Assembly: GCA_951406725.2 (NCBI GenBank)
Contig: OX597815.1
Location: forward strand, 183,024,001-183,088,000
From: Octopus vulgaris
Lineage: Eukaryota
Length of the DNA stretch: 64,000 bases
Reading direction: 5' to 3'
Every line of letters begins with the position of its first letter. Within the stretch, counting starts at the first letter, position 1. Shown here piece by piece: positions 1 through 13,478 of the stretch. Under the pieces are notes generated by a model that made no database searches, had not been told where the DNA came from, and saw only the letters and a program-made list of their open reading frames with translations. The position numbers were made by a program, and so were the translations under genes.

Positions 1-509
1 TTTATGCGCATGTGTGTGCGTTTATGTGTGTGCTTAATGCATGAGGGCACCATCCCATATTACATAATCATTTGTTTGATTCTAGGCACGTCAATGATTA
101 ACTTACTGAAATAAAGCATGATTATATATAAAAATCTCTGGCTTTGCGTACGATACATCAAAACCCTACAGCTAATTTTATGAATATGAAAGCCAAATCC
201 TAATATCTCCTATATCATCTCAATTTTCTTATGGTTGTTTTATGTCATTACATCCGTTTGTGTGTTTCTGTTCTGCTATCCAAGAGTATTATTTCTGATC
301 AAAGTGCTTTATACTGAGGCGTATTTATTTCTATTTATCACAACGGATTTTCATGGGTTTTTTTTTCCTGCCGTAACGTTAAGCATCTCATCAAAAGCGA
401 TTACAAATTCATATCTTTAAAATCGTGCTTTGGATCAGTGACATTACAAGTTATTTTTCTCGCTTCCTTTCTTGGGGTTTTTTTTTGTCCTTCATGTCAG
501 CATCATTCC

Positions 510-760
510 CTCTTCTCTCTCTCTCTACATATATATCTATCTATCTATCCATCTCTACCTACCTATCTCTTCTCTCACTTTCTCTCTCTCTCTCTCTCTC
601 TCCCTCTCAATATAATCAGTACAACTGTTGTAATACTGAATACAGAGACTTAACTTTGATTTCGAATTTATATCCTGAAGAAATGTGTATTCAGTGTGTG
701 TATGATTGTATAGCCACACATACACACGCGTGCGTGTATAATATACATGTGTATGCATAC

Positions 761-826
<66 letters not shown>

Positions 827-864
827 ATATATATGTATGTATGCATACATATGTATATTATACA

Positions 865-950
<86 letters not shown>
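510..950. repeat. (CT)n/(CTAT)n and (TA)n microsatellites
   Basis: Directly visible simple repeats. The overlapping ORFs are YI/LS artefacts. Confidence 0.95.
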
Positions 951-1468
951 CTTGTTCAAAGCTGAGTCTGTGCGAGTTTCTTCACAGCGTTTCTAGATTC
1001 TGATCTTCTGATCTTCAGGCGATTGATGAAATGATATCTGAAGCACTTATATTTATACAGTGTTTCTGCCTGTTCAAGTTATGCTGAAAAACAACAACTT
1101 GCCAGAAAGAACCAATTCCACATGAGCTCGTATAACAATGAGTAAAAGATAAATCTGAAAATTTTTATAAATTTCGATAATTTTCTAGAGGTATGAATTC
1201 TATGGAGAATTCTTATGAAAAAAATATAGAAAAAAATATTTTAATAGAGACCCTCAGGCAAACCTAAAAAGGTAGAAATAGGTATGAATTAATTATTAGT
1301 AAATAGAAAGATATTTTGCTGTTGTTCTTTGCCTGAAGGAGATTTTTTGAAGGGATATTTTATGAGAATTGAATTTGGTTTGAAATCAATTCGAATAAAG
1401 TATATAAACACAATTTCCATGAGCACAACTGCATAAAGTGTTTGTATCAGATATGTATAAAATGAGAA

Positions 1469-1550
1469 GGCGGCGAGCTGGCAGAAACGTTAGCACGCCG
1501 GTCGAAATCCGTAGCCGTATTTCGTCTGCCGTTACGTTCTGAGTTCAAAT
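1469..1550 (+). mobile_element. 5' fragment of tRNA-derived SINE family A
   Basis: GGCGGCGAGCTGGCAGAAACGTTAGCACGCC...GAGTTCAAAT head, matching the full copies elsewhere in the window. Confidence 0.85.
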
Positions 1551-1600
1551 GAAAGACGAAGACAGGTGCATTAGTTTAATGCTCAGGAAGGTGAGAAAGT

Positions 1601-1634
1601 CTTTTACGTTTCGACCTACGTCTTCAACAGAAAG
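1601..1634 (-). ncRNA. Minimal hammerhead-like motif (Penelope-type variant)
   Basis: Minus strand reads CTTT-CTGTTGA-A-GAC-GTAG-GTC-GAAA-CG-TA-AAAG. Related copies at 47322-47357 and 63203-63238; a partial inverted copy at 2021-2090. The core deviates from CUGANGA. Confidence 0.5.
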
Positions 1635-1648
1635 GAACACGAGTAAAT

Positions 1649-1679
<31 letters not shown>

Positions 1680-1717
1680 ATAAAAAAAAACTTTTGGAGC
1701 TAGCAGTCAATCATGGT

Positions 1718-1769
<52 letters not shown>

Positions 1770-1924
1770 AACTTCAAAGTTACTTCGTTCCTTCAATAAT
1801 ATTGTTGATTAAGAATAATAAATTTTCTAACTTGCTACTTTGCTTGTTGGAAGATCAGAGACTGATTGTCGCTTGGTTTTCTATATATTGCAAGCTGGAG
1901 CGAATTCCTGCTATTTCTAGCGAA

Positions 1925-1985
1925 CGGGTGTTCACCACTGATGATGGTAACAAATAGCCTGAAACCGTTCGGTCTGGTTATCCCG
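1925..1985 (+). ncRNA. Type I hammerhead ribozyme
   Basis: ACCA-CTGATGA(1938-1944)-TGGT aacaaata GCCT-GAAA-CCG TT CGG-TC^TGGT. Helix I ACCA/TGGT is extended by CGGG/CCCG. Lies inside inverted repeats TATATATTGCAAGC/GCTTGCAATATATA (1882-2019). U-U mismatch at 10.1-11.1. Confidence 0.7.
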
Positions 1986-2107
1986 TCGTCTGCCAGAAGA
2001 CGTCTGCTTGCAATATATACCGTAGGTCGAAACGTAAAAGACTTTCTCACCTTCCTGAGCATTAAACTAATACACCTGTCTTCGTCTTTCCTTTTTCTGT
2101 AAATTTC

Positions 2108-2167
<60 letters not shown>

Positions 2168-2170
<3 letters not shown>

Positions 2171-2288
2171 CTGCTCGCTTAGCCAGCGGGGTGGCGTCAT
2201 TTGAAAGCTAAAACAATGCGAAGCGCATTGTGACCAGCGATATGTAGCAACATCTGATAGCCTGGTCGGTCACGGTGATCACAGTGAT
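2168..2288 (+). mobile_element. 3' end of a SINE with a (CACGTGAT)-type tail inside (TA)n
   Basis: Reverse-complement match to 7952-8123. Both copies end in short repeats running into (TA)n. Confidence 0.7.
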
Positions 2289-2307
2289 ATATATATATAT
2301 ATATATA

Positions 2308-3534
2308 TCAGGTCATCCCATAAGTTCTGTCCGAATTTTGAATAAAGAAAACAAGTGATAGAATGTTATATTTAATTGAAATTTAATCATCAATGTACTT
2401 CCTCTGATTATCTATGACTTCCTTCCATTTATTTACAAGTGTTTTTAATCTCATCAGTGTAAAACTCTTTTGGTTTCAAAGCGAAGAACTCTGAAATGTC
2501 CTAGCTTGCGAAAGTTATGTCCCTCAAATGATTCTGTAAACTACGAAACAAATTGTAGTCTGAAGGAGCAAGGTCGGGAGAATAAGGTAGATGAGGAATT
2601 TTCCCAACCTAGCTCTTCGATCTTCTGTGATGTGATCTTTGCAGTGTGGGTTCGCGCATTGTCCTGATGAAACATCACTCATTTTCGATTCACTAAAGCG
2701 GGTTTTTTTCTTCAAAGCTTGGTTCAAACGCTTTAATTGCTGACAGTAGACTTGAGCATTGATTGTTGCATTAGGTGGTAACAATTCCAAGTGAATTACT
2801 CCTTTGCAATCCCACCAGATAGAGAGAAGAACCTTTTTCCATGAAGTTCCCGTTTCGGTTGTGGTTGAGCTTTTTCCCTTTTACGACGTTTAACATTTCG
2901 ATAGAAGATACATTTTTCGTCACCAGTCACAAGTCTATCCAAAAAGGGTGAAATGAGTTCGCGCAAATGGAGAGAAGAGCATATGTCAACTCGAGATTAG
3001 CGGTTGCTTTTGGACAATTCATGAGGCACCCATTTTCCAAGTTTAGGAACCTTTCCAAGTTGTTGAAGATGAAGATGAACAGTTGTATGGTTTGAACTAA
3101 GCTTTATTGCCAATTTTACAACTGATAATGCAGGATTTTCTCCAAGTAATGCCTCAAGGAGCTTATCATCAAACTCAAATGGACGTCTGTTCGATCTTCA
3201 TCTTCAAGACTGAAATCTCCACTTGTTCTTTCATTCAAGCATTCTATCCCATAATCTGAGTGTATGTTTCTAGTCGCTTCGGCTGCAGAGTTTCTTTTTT
3301 TTTTACTCATAAAGCATTATGTGCCTCAAATCCTCTTTGGATACTTCCATGTTAGAAAGGATTTTAATCAAAGAAATTTTAATTCTGTTATTCTGTAAAA
3401 TAATTTTTAATTGGTTTAAATGTACACAAATGCATAAAATTAATTTTTAATTCCATTAGGCATTCTAAAATACTATAAAATTTCATTCAATTTTAAAAAA
3501 GGTAAAATTGGACAGAACTTATGAGATGACTTGA
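2308..3534 (-). mobile_element. Mariner DNA transposon, defective transposase
   Basis: TIRs TCAGGTCATCCCATAAGTTCTGTCC / GGACAGAACTTATGAGATGACTTGA flanked by TA. Minus-strand fragments SAAEATRNI, ELLPPNATINAQVYCQQLKRL and a WVPHEL motif. About 1.23 kb. Confidence 0.9.
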
Positions 3535-3572
3535 TATATATATAAAGCTACTTTGCTATATAAAGATACCTT

Positions 3573-3614
<42 letters not shown>

Positions 3615-4094
3615 TGAGAGGGATTTGAACTTCGGACGTAGAGAGCAGGATGCACTTTGTCTGACGCACTAACGATTCTACCATTTTGCCGGTTTAGTTT
3701 TACATGACAAAAAAAGCTTTCTGTCGTTAAAACAAACGCACATCTACGATTTTCAGCAGAAAACCTGCGAGAATTGAAACCTGGACACGGACTCATGTCG
3801 TCAGCAACTTTAACGCAGCTGCAAACTACGTGAAAAAATTTCGCTCAGTAAGATTTTTATGAGTGGAATATAATACCTCAATATGCATGTGGAATTGATG
3901 AGTTTGTGTGTGCATTAGGAGTTATATAGGTATGTGTTCTTTAATTCCTTAATTTATTTTCGGAACCACTACCAAGAAATATTGGAACACTGTTTTCAAG
4001 TGTTTTTATGTGTGTGTGAGTGAGTGTGTGAATGTAGTAGCGCGTGTGTGCATGTGTGTGTATGTGTCTCTGAATGTGTCTCTCTGTGTGTGTA

Positions 4095-4477
4095 TCTCTC
4101 TCTATATAAACGGCAGTTTGTCTGTGCGTTTTCTGTGTGTCTGTTTTCTCGTACCCTCACTCTGACCACGGCTTTCAACCGATTCTGATGAAACTTGACA
4201 CACACATAGCCCAATGTCATAATTCAAAACTAACGCAGCGAAAATTTTGAAAAGTTCCCCCAGTTCTGAAAAAAATCGATAAATTCGACATGGGGTCGAG
4301 AATCAGAAACCCAAACCACAGACCGTCTAGGGGACGCAACTCCACCTTTTTTAACTCTCAAAAAAATTTACCATCATTTTTTTTCCATTTTTTTGCTATT
4401 TTTTGGTTATAACTCTCTAAAAATGCTTTATAGTTATTTCCCTTACAAACCTGAGCAACGCCGGGCGATACTGCTAG
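4095..4477 (+). mobile_element. Non-autonomous Helitron
   Basis: 5' TCTCTATATAAA start, subterminal GC-rich hairpin (CCTGAGCAACGCCGGG) and 3' CTAG|T. Inserted in a GTGT/CTCT minisatellite. Confidence 0.7.
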
Positions 4478-5629
4478 TGTGTCTCTAAATGTGTCTCTCT
4501 GTGTGTGTATGTGTCTCTGAATGCGCCTCTCTGTGTGTGTATGTTAAAAGCATATGTTCGAGATTCGATTTTTAATAACAGAAATTGATGTCCATGATTT
4601 CAGAATTAGTTATTTTTGTTGCAAAGCACCAGTCGAGTGCACTGGTGGTTACAATTTTGACCCCTTCCTTCTTCGTGTTCCTTGTTTTGTTATTTTTCTT
4701 TTCGTATCAAGTACTGCATTGCTTTAATGTAACCTTCTTATTTCTATGGCAATAGAGCGTAATTTTAGGAAGAACTGGCTTCTATTTCTAGATGGTCGAG
4801 CAAACACTTAGAAGTACTCCGTTGTTGTCTCTGTTTAAATTTAGTGAATATCCAAGATGAATATTCATAAACTACAGAAAAATCGCTTGAATATTTACAG
4901 TCTTCAGTTATATTAGCGATATTAATTGCATTGCTCTCCTTTCCTCGTAACTCGTACATTCACATGTCAAACTGTGTGATTCAAAAAGAACTGACAAATT
5001 CAACGGAAAGTAACCAAGTGTAAGGCAAGCCAGTTATACAAAGAATCCTTTGTACGTGCTTTTGTATGTATCTGAGTGTGTAACAAAATTGTTTTCATTC
5101 CATGGTGTTTTGCAAAACAAATACAGAATCCCTCTACTCTATAGCGAATGTTATTAAACTTTCACAGGCATTAATGATACAGTATCATACAAGTAGAACA
5201 GAGCACAAATTTACTTGTTAATTAACTATGCATGTGTATTAATTAGTTGCTAATAATTAGAGCTGTTCCAAATTAAGTTTTATTGATTAACTTTTGTGCA
5301 ATGTCACGTTTATTAAACAGTTTCAAAACCTTATACGGCTAACATGCTAATTCAATAAATTACTAATTTCACAGCGAAAGTATAACAACAATGTTTTCTG
5401 ACGTAGGCACAAGGCTACCACTTTCAAGGAAGGGTTATAGACAATTTAATCCATCTCATGCATGGATGGCATTTATTTATCGATCTTAATACTCTGAAAT
5501 TCAAAGTTGCTCTCAGCGAGATATGAATTCAGAAGGCAAAGGTGCGTGATCAAATACCACTACTACCTACCATCACCACTGCCACCAGTACTACAACTCG
5601 TAGTAGTAATAATAATAGTAATGATTTCA

Positions 5630-5845
5630 AATTTTGGCACAAGGCCAGCAATTTGGGAGGAGGGGCTAAGTCGATTACACCGACCCCAATCCTCCACTGG
5701 CACTTATTTTATAGACCACGAAGAGATGAAAGACAAAGTCAACCCTGGTGGAATTTGAACTCGGGAGGTAAAGACGGACAAAATACCGCTGTGCATTTTG
5801 TCCGGTGTGCTGACGATTTCGCCAGCTCACCACCATACGCCGCCT
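5630..5845 (-). mobile_element. Diverged SINE family A copy
   Basis: GATGAAAGACAAAGTCAACC...GGAATTTGAACTC...GCCAGCTCACC, the reverse complement of the family A head and core. Confidence 0.7.
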
Positions 5846-5849
5846 TTTA

Positions 5850-5888
<39 letters not shown>

Positions 5889-6857
5889 CTTTATTAAAGG
5901 CAGCGAGCTGGAACAACCGTAAAACAAACAATTAAGCAAAAATAAAAGAAACGTATTCTAAAGAAAATATAAATTGAAACTTAGAACTAAAGCATGTAAA
6001 CAATTAGGTTTCTCGCCTCATCATGGATGAGACGTTATTGGTTAGGTTAGGGTCAGAGCGTCCCACATGTCTAATCCTCTTCGGCTTCACTCGTAAGGCA
6101 GCGTATACACCCACAGTTACCTTCTAATATATTTTTAGTGATATCCAATCAAGAAAGGTGAGTGACAAGGAGAATAGAATCTACATATACTCGTCTTCAA
6201 CATTTCGGAGTGAAGTTTCAATACAGAGACAAACCAGAACAGCAGAAAAGTATTACAAACAAGGACCGAGAGATTATGATGCGTGGGTGGTGTGTAGGGT
6301 CGATTACATTAGGGTCCGTGGTTGATAAAGAAGCGAGGAGAGGACATTGTCCAGTAATTTTAGCGTTTGGGGCATTCAGGGAAATAGAAAAATTGCCGGT
6401 GTACCGTTAGACCACGTTAACCGGATTCGAACGTTTCTGAGCAAATTTTTCAGTGTGTGGTAAAATGGGCAGCTTGGTGTGCCTATAACTACAAAAACGA
6501 AAGTGAAGTAATCTTGGGGCGCTTGCTTGACACACCATATGCAACAGAACTGCATTAAACAAGGCTGCACCAGGCATTTAGGTTTCAGGTGTGTTTCTAC
6601 GATTCATTCCCAGGGAGAGTGCGATGCAATACTGTCATTGTCGAAGTTATTTAGGCACATAGTAACTTCCATCGATCAAAGGCACCCAGTGCCGCCAGCA
6701 TTGTGCCGCTCAGGCATTGTGTAAGTGAAATTGCGTTAGACATCATGTCTATTTTTTTCTTTCTTTCTCTTCTGAAGACTATATGCTATGAATGAAATTT
6801 AACTATTACTTATGTTTGCCCCAAATATTTCTCCATCAATATGCTTTTTCGATGTGG

Positions 6858-7088
6858 GGCGGCGAGCTGGCAGAATCGTTAGCACGCCGGGCGAAATGCA
6901 TAGCCGTATTTCGCCTGCCGTTACGTTCTGAGTTCAAATTCCGCCGAGGTCGACTTTGCCTTTCATCCTTTCGGAGTCGATAAATTAAGTACCAGTTACG
7001 CAGTGAGGTCGATGTAATCAACTGAATCCCTTTGTCTGTCCTTGTTTGTCCTCTCTGTGTTTAGCCCCTTGTGGGTAGTAAAGAAATA
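6858..7088 (+). mobile_element. SINE family A, full length
   Basis: tRNA-like head, central GCCTTTCATCCTTTCGG.GTCGATAAA core and GCCCCTTGTGGGTAGTAAAGAAATA tail. Imperfect TSD AATATG.TTT..CGATGTG. Confidence 0.9.
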
Positions 7089-7269
7089 AATATGTTTTGC
7101 GATGTGCTGGGGTATGTACGTATAGTTCCATTATTTTAGCACCCTTGGGACCTGAATAGTGTGCAATTACCAAATATGCTGGAGTAATGGAACACAGCGT
7201 TATATAAGCAAAATCATGTTTTATATAGATCGTTAAATGATGCAACAAATGTAACAGTATTTTCCAATA

Positions 7270-7600
7270 ACCTCAGTGTCTAGCGAATTCTTTTCGCCAG
7301 ACAAATTAACTTTACGAATACGAATTGTATTCTGTTTCTAAACCACTCAACAATGCACGCACAAGCTTCCGTGATACCCAGATCTTCGTGTAATTGCTTG
7401 CCGTTTACAATGATCATTGAACCTGAAATTGGCATACTCTCGGATCTCTTTGCTCTGAACCACTTAAATAAGTCTACATCTAATTCTGAGAATCTTTTTA
7501 ATGTTTGCCGCACATCAACCTTTTCTTTTATCTGAATTAGCCATAAATTTCATCAACTTATCCTTTTGTAAGTTAATGTCAATAAATTGTTGAAGAACTT
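7270..7600 (-). mobile_element. pogo/Tigger-type transposase relic (CENP-B-like HTH)
   Basis: ELDVDLFKWFRAKRSESMPISGSMII...LHEDLG resembles the CENP-B HTH of Tigger/jerky proteins. Degenerate. Confidence 0.7.
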
Positions 7601-7920
7601 TCCTTAGATATATTCACACAATAGCATTCTGATTTTCGCCTATTTTCAAATGCGCAGGAATATTACAATTTCCTGCTGTTAAGTAAAAGTCGCATGTTTC
7701 CTTTTCATACTTTTCCTTTGGACAATATTTAAGTAGATAAAAAGAGATACAAAACACTTGAGCCCTGGCCAGTGATCTTGTCAACTTGGATGCATTACTG
7801 CATACACACACGGATACACACATTTGCACATACATGTATAATATCATATATGAGTTCGTGTGTATGTGTGTATATATGTACACACACAAACACACACATA
7901 CACACAATTATATATATATA

Positions 7921-7951
<31 letters not shown>

Positions 7952-7957
<6 letters not shown>

Positions 7958-8123
7958 ATCACGTGACCGACTAGGCTATCAGATGTAGTTACACATCGCT
8001 GGTCACAATGCGTTCGCGTTGTTTTAGCCTTCGAATGACGCCACCCCGCTGGCTAAGCGAGCAGGCCAACAGAAGAAAGTGTGGGAGAAAGAGTGGTGAA
8101 AGAGTACAGCAGGGATCGCCACC
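7952..8123 (-). mobile_element. SINE 3' portion with a (CACGTGAT)n tail
   Basis: Homologous to 2168-2288. Its 5' part matches the body of the family C SINE at 27727-28106. Confidence 0.7.
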
Positions 8124-8596
8124 GAATATCGTAAGATGGTCGACACACTCGAAGAATGTATTCCCCTTATATACTATGCACGTAAAGAGACATAGGGATG
8201 GGCGCTGAACGATGTCATTCAAAAACCACATAGGTCTTTCTGTGTGATTGTGTTTTATTAGAGACAGACACTGCTCCAGTCGTTCCGTTGGTGTATGTGA
8301 AAAGCAAAAACTACATTTGCTGGTGTGCGCTAAGACTTCATCACGTTGAATTTGATTTAGCTTAATCATACTATGCAGCCACAATTAAAATAATGTACGT
8401 TTATATTTTAAACGGTTTTGTGCACTTGAACGCGTTAAGAGATTACGTGAAAAGTTTTAGAACTTAGCAACAAATATATTTTTTGCTGTTTATATTCACG
8501 AACGCATTTTCTAACTGCGCTACGAAGGACTGAATTAGTGCCTATCACTGATACAGCATAAATACACGTACCATATACACATAGACACTATATATA

Positions 8597-9875
8597 TTAG
8601 GTTGTCAAGAAAGTTCTTGCGGAATCTTAAATTTTGGTTTTAAATGATGTATTTTCAAATTAATTTTCGTTAAATTACTTTGACTTTATATATCATTTTA
8701 AAGGCCGTTTTTCGCTCTTCTCTAATCGTGTTACTCTTTTTTCTTTTTGAATAATTAGGCCATTTCTTTTTCCGGAACGTATACAACATGGAAAAAAAGC
8801 AAATTCGCACGATTTTCTTATTCCAGTTCAAGCTAGGCCGAAAAGCTGCTGAAACAGCTCGCGATATCAACGATGCGTTTAGGCCCAGGAACCACTAATG
8901 AACTTACAGCAGCATGGTGGTTCAAGAAATTTCATAGCAGTGATGAGAGTCTTGTAGATGATAAGCGTAGTGGTCGGCCATCGGATGTTGACAACAATCA
9001 ACTAAGAGCCTTAGTCGAAGCCAATCCACGCACAACTGTTCGAGAGCTTGCTTCTGAATTAGACGTAACGTTTACGACAATTTCCAACCACTTGAATGAG
9101 ATTGGAAAAACAAAAATACTTGAGAAATGGGTGCCACACGAATTGAACGACAACCAAAAAAAAACGCTGTTTTGAAATGTCGTCTTCCCTTCTTTTATGC
9201 AACAAGAACAACCCGTTTTTCGACCGGATTGTGACAGCGATGAAAACTAGATTCTTTACGACAACGGGCGACGCTCAGCTCAGTGGTTGGACGCCGACGA
9301 TGCTCCACGACACTTCCCGAAGCCAAAGTTGCACCAAAAGAAGGTCATGGATTTGTGGTCTGCGGTCGGTCTCATCCATCACAGCTTTTTGGATTCAGGC
9401 GAAACCATTACAGCGGAGAAGTACTGTCAGCAAATGGATTAAATGCATAAGAACTTCGACAACAACAGCCAGCATTGGTCAATAGAAAAGGACCAATTTT
9501 TCTTCACAACACTCGGCCGCACGTCGAACAACTGACCCTGCAGAAGTTGAACGAATTGAGCTACGAAACTCTGCCTCATCCGCCATACTCACCAGATCTC
9601 TCGCCTATCGACCACCACTTTTTCAAGCATCTCGACAACTTCCTGCGTGAGAAATGCTTCAAAAGCTAAGACGATGCCAAACATGCCTTCAACGACTTCA
9701 ACGCCACCAGAATGCAGGATTTTTATGCTACTAGCATAAATAAAGTTGTTTCGCGTTGGTAAAAGTGTGTTGATTCTGATGGTGTTTATTTCGATTAACA
9801 AAGTTTTGTTTGAGCCGAGATATGTGCATCTGAATTTAAAGGTTAAAAACCGCAAGAACTTTCTTGACAACCTAA
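8597..9875 (+). mobile_element. Mariner transposon (Hsmar1/cecropia-like), frameshifted
   Basis: Perfect TIRs TTAGGTTGTCAAGAAAGTTCTTGCGG with TA TSD. Transposase MEKKQIR..., WVPHEL and HPPYSPDL motifs split across frames. Confidence 0.95.
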
Positions 9876-10139
9876 TACATATGCATATATGGGTAAACAA
9901 CATGAAATACGAAAACAAATGAGTTTAATTCGCAAACAACGAGAGAACCAAATGGAAAACAGGACAAGTAACATAAAGAACTACCCTTCATCAGTTGTCG
10001 GCTGTCTATCTACTCCTCATTTCTAGCATTGAGCGACAATATGAGTCTTCGAAGACAGTTGCTCCCATAAGTACCAAACTAAAATTTGGGATTTATGGAG
10101 GGTCAAAGTTGGGAACAAAAACAGGACAGTGGATATATA

Positions 10140-10186
<47 letters not shown>

Positions 10187-10334
10187 CGTGTCCATGACTC
10201 TAAGGTGTTTTAACACCGGCGACACGAGAGTTATATATCCCGCCACGCCATTGCAGCCGCCGGAAAATACACAAAGCACATACATTGGTATATGTATTTG
10301 ATAATATTTATCATACTAGATCTGTTTTTACCTC

Positions 10335-10395
<61 letters not shown>

Positions 10396-11462
10396 TGTAT
10401 GTGAATGTATAAATACATATGTGTATATCAATACGTGTGTGTTTGCGTGCATGTGTGCGTGCGTGGGCCCCCACCTGCAAGCTCATGCGCTGTTTATCTT
10501 ACTGTATGTTCACCATACCGTACATATATGGTTGTGATGCATGTGCCTGGTGTAACCTTATCAGACGGGTAGTCATGGTGGGTATATAGGTCTTCGCATA
10601 TTTGTACCCCAGAGTCACATCGATGGCGTGTGCTGCTCTCACATACATACATACATACATACATACATACATACATACATACATACATACATGCGCTTCC
10701 TCCAATCGTTGTATCTTTCGAATGATATCACCCCACTGGCAATTCATCACAGGTTTAACCATTTAAAGGTGAACAGACTGGAGCAACGTCAACTCCAGCG
10801 TTTTGCTCAAGAACACAACGCCTCGCCCATCTGAAAAACGAAACCACAAACCAGCGGACGTGCGTACAACACTCAAAACACTTGACCACTTGCCTGCACA
10901 CACATACACCCATACACACACACATACATATATTCATACATACAACAACTTTTGTTTTCTTATTCCAAATAAGAAGGAAGTTTCTCTATTCACTTACAAC
11001 AGTTTAAGCACGTCAGTCACTACTTTTAAGACAGACTTCATTTAACTTAATCCAAGGCCAACCAAATTGCTGCTGGACAAATGTCTTCGGAAACGTTTTT
11101 GTATATTTAAAATATATTGTTTACAATTAAAGTATGTTCGTGCCTGCCATACCATACTGTCAAGATCCAATAAGACCAACACATCCGTTGCTGTCACTAA
11201 CCTCTATAACAAATATCGGTTTTTCCCTTAAGTGAATTAATTAAATATTTCCAATTAATTCTTTTTATTACATTAGCTTTCTTCTTTGAGCCTCGTTAAT
11301 GACAGCCGCTAGACTTATGTTGTATTTCTAAGTTGAAATGAAAATTTCAGATCATTAAAATAATCTTTGTGCTAAAGGCATTCGCCACATTGACCTCTGC
11401 TTTTTTTTTTCTTAATCCACTCTCATTAGTTTATTTGAATGATTAATTTTTTTTCTTTATCT

Positions 11463-11830
11463 ATTACTTGTTTCAGTCACTGAATTGCAGTCATGCTGGA
11501 GTGCCATCTTAAAGAATTTTTATTCAAACGAATCGACCCCATTACTTATTTTTAAGCAACCTATTCTATCGGTCACTTTTGCCGAACCGCTAATTTATGG
11601 GGAGTAAACGCACCAATAGAGGTTGTCAAGTGGTGACAGAACAAATATAGACAGAAAGACGTGCGCGCATTGTATGCGTCTGTGTGTGTTGTTAGTTTGT
11701 CGGGCGGCTGCGCTTTTTAGGTGTAAGAGAATAAATATAATCTCTTTTCAGGTGTAAGATAATACAATGCAGTGGGACTGAACCCGGAACCATGTGGTTG
11801 GGAAGCAAGTTGCTTCTTACACAGCCACAC
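11463..11830 (-). mobile_element. SINE family B (tRNA-derived), diverged
   Basis: Reverse complement of the GTGGCTGTGTAAGAAG...CCACATGGTTCCGGGTTCAGTCCCACTGC head and GACTGAAACAAGTAA tail. Confidence 0.75.
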
Positions 11831-12119
11831 TTGTATAATTTTATATTAATTTGAAAGTTTTTACGATTACACAGCAAACTATTTTTACATCAACGTTGTT
11901 GTAAAATAATTGGCTTTTATATCGTTCGCTGTTGAGTAATTTAAGGTGTTTCGTGCTATGGATACGTTCGTTGACAAAAGTAAGGTCGACGGCTTCAGTA
12001 CTCGATAAAATAAAGTACAGTCTACAATTAAAGTAACCATAATAGATTGTCTCCTTCTCATATATGTTTTCACCCAGCGTGTCGAACAAATCAAATAGAT
12101 TAATATTGATTTTAAAAAG

Positions 12120-12715
12120 TTGGTACATAGCCAGCAATTTCGGTGTGGAGTTAAGTCGATTATTGAACCCAAAAAGATGAAAGATAAAGTCGACTTCGGT
12201 GGAATTTGAACTCAGGATGTTAAGACGGGCGAAATGATGCGAAGCGTTTTGCCCGGCCTGCTAACGATTCTGCAAGTCATTAAGGTGACAAGCTGACAGA
12301 ATCGTTAGCCCGCCGGGCGAAATGCGTAGCCGTATTTCGTCTGCCGCTACGGTCTGAGTTCAAATTCCGCCGAGGTCGACTTTGCCTTTCATCCTTTCGG
12401 GGTCGATAAATTAAGTACCAGTTACGCACTGGAGTCGATCTAATCGACTTAATCCCTTTGTCTGTCCTTGTTTGTCCCCTCTATGCTTAGCCCCTTGTGG
12501 CCAATAAAGAAATAAGAATCGTTAGCACGCCATACACTATGCTTAGCAGAGTTTCGTCTGTTTTTACGTGCTGAATTCCAATTCCTCCCAGGTCGACGTT
12601 GCCTTTCATCCTTCAGGATCGATAAAATAAGTACCAGTTGAGCATTGGGGGTCGATCTTACTGACTTACCCCTCCCTCAAAATTACTAGCCTCGTGTCAA
12701 AATTTGAAACCAATA
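12120..12715. mobile_element. Cluster of three SINE family A copies (one minus, two plus and nested)
   Basis: 12120-12280 minus; 12283-12513 plus and full length, followed by an older plus copy 12514-12715. Confidence 0.8.
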
Positions 12716-13394
12716 CTGCATCTCAGTTACATGGGTTTACGTTTATTTTCACGAACGCACAATATTTACAAACTCATCTTAACGATTGCATTCACTTTCT
12801 TCCAAGTACAGATTTGTTTGGGAACACATTTGTATATATGTGGTTATGTGTTGTTTATTTTGTGTGTTTTTATGTGTGCTCTGCTGTTTCTACACGTGCG
12901 TGCGTGCATGTGTGTGTCTGCGTGTGTGTGTGTGTCTGCGTGTGTTTGTCAAATATAATATCGATCTTAAAGTTTCAATTTGCGTGAATTTACATCGCTT
13001 GTTTAGTTCACTGCGATGTAACAAACATGTAATTTCAGTACGCTGTTATTGGTTCGCCCTACAGCGACAGTTACTAAAAAGAAACTGGGAGGAGTTACAA
13101 TAGCTGTTCGTTAATAAGAACGAAAATATGCCCCGAATGAATAGGTTTTTGATCAGTATATCAAAGTTACTCTATCGCAACGAGTATTATTTATTACAGA
13201 GAGTGAAAGACGATAATCTGAAAAGTAACACAAAAATAACATCACAGATTGTATTAATACTTCTAATTCTATTAATATTTTTTTTTCTAATTTTATTCGC
13301 CCAGCGCAGATTGAAAGAAAACATATCCTGTGCACATGAGAGAATCATTTTCGTGCAGTCTCCAGTCTATTTTCTGTTTGACGAAAATTATTGT

Positions 13395-13478
13395 CGTTGC
13401 TGTTGTATTTTTTATTGCTGTTGTTGTTGTTGTTGTTTTTGTAGTTTTTATTGCTGCTGCTGTTGTTGTTGTTGTTGT
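13395..13478. repeat. (TTG/CTG)n trinucleotide microsatellite
   Basis: Direct observation. Confidence 0.9.

Noticed and set aside
960-1030. Minus-strand CTGAAGA...GAAA hammerhead-like motif
   Set aside because: Helices I-III pair poorly and there is no well-placed NUH triplet
9890-10135. Minus-strand CTGATGA in a repeat-like segment next to (TA)n
   Set aside because: No GAAA or helix III can be placed consistently. It may be a Penelope remnant, but this cannot be supported here.
11841-12137. ORF with DTLGE, loosely like a small-GTPase DTAGQ motif
   Set aside because: No other G-box motifs and no splice support
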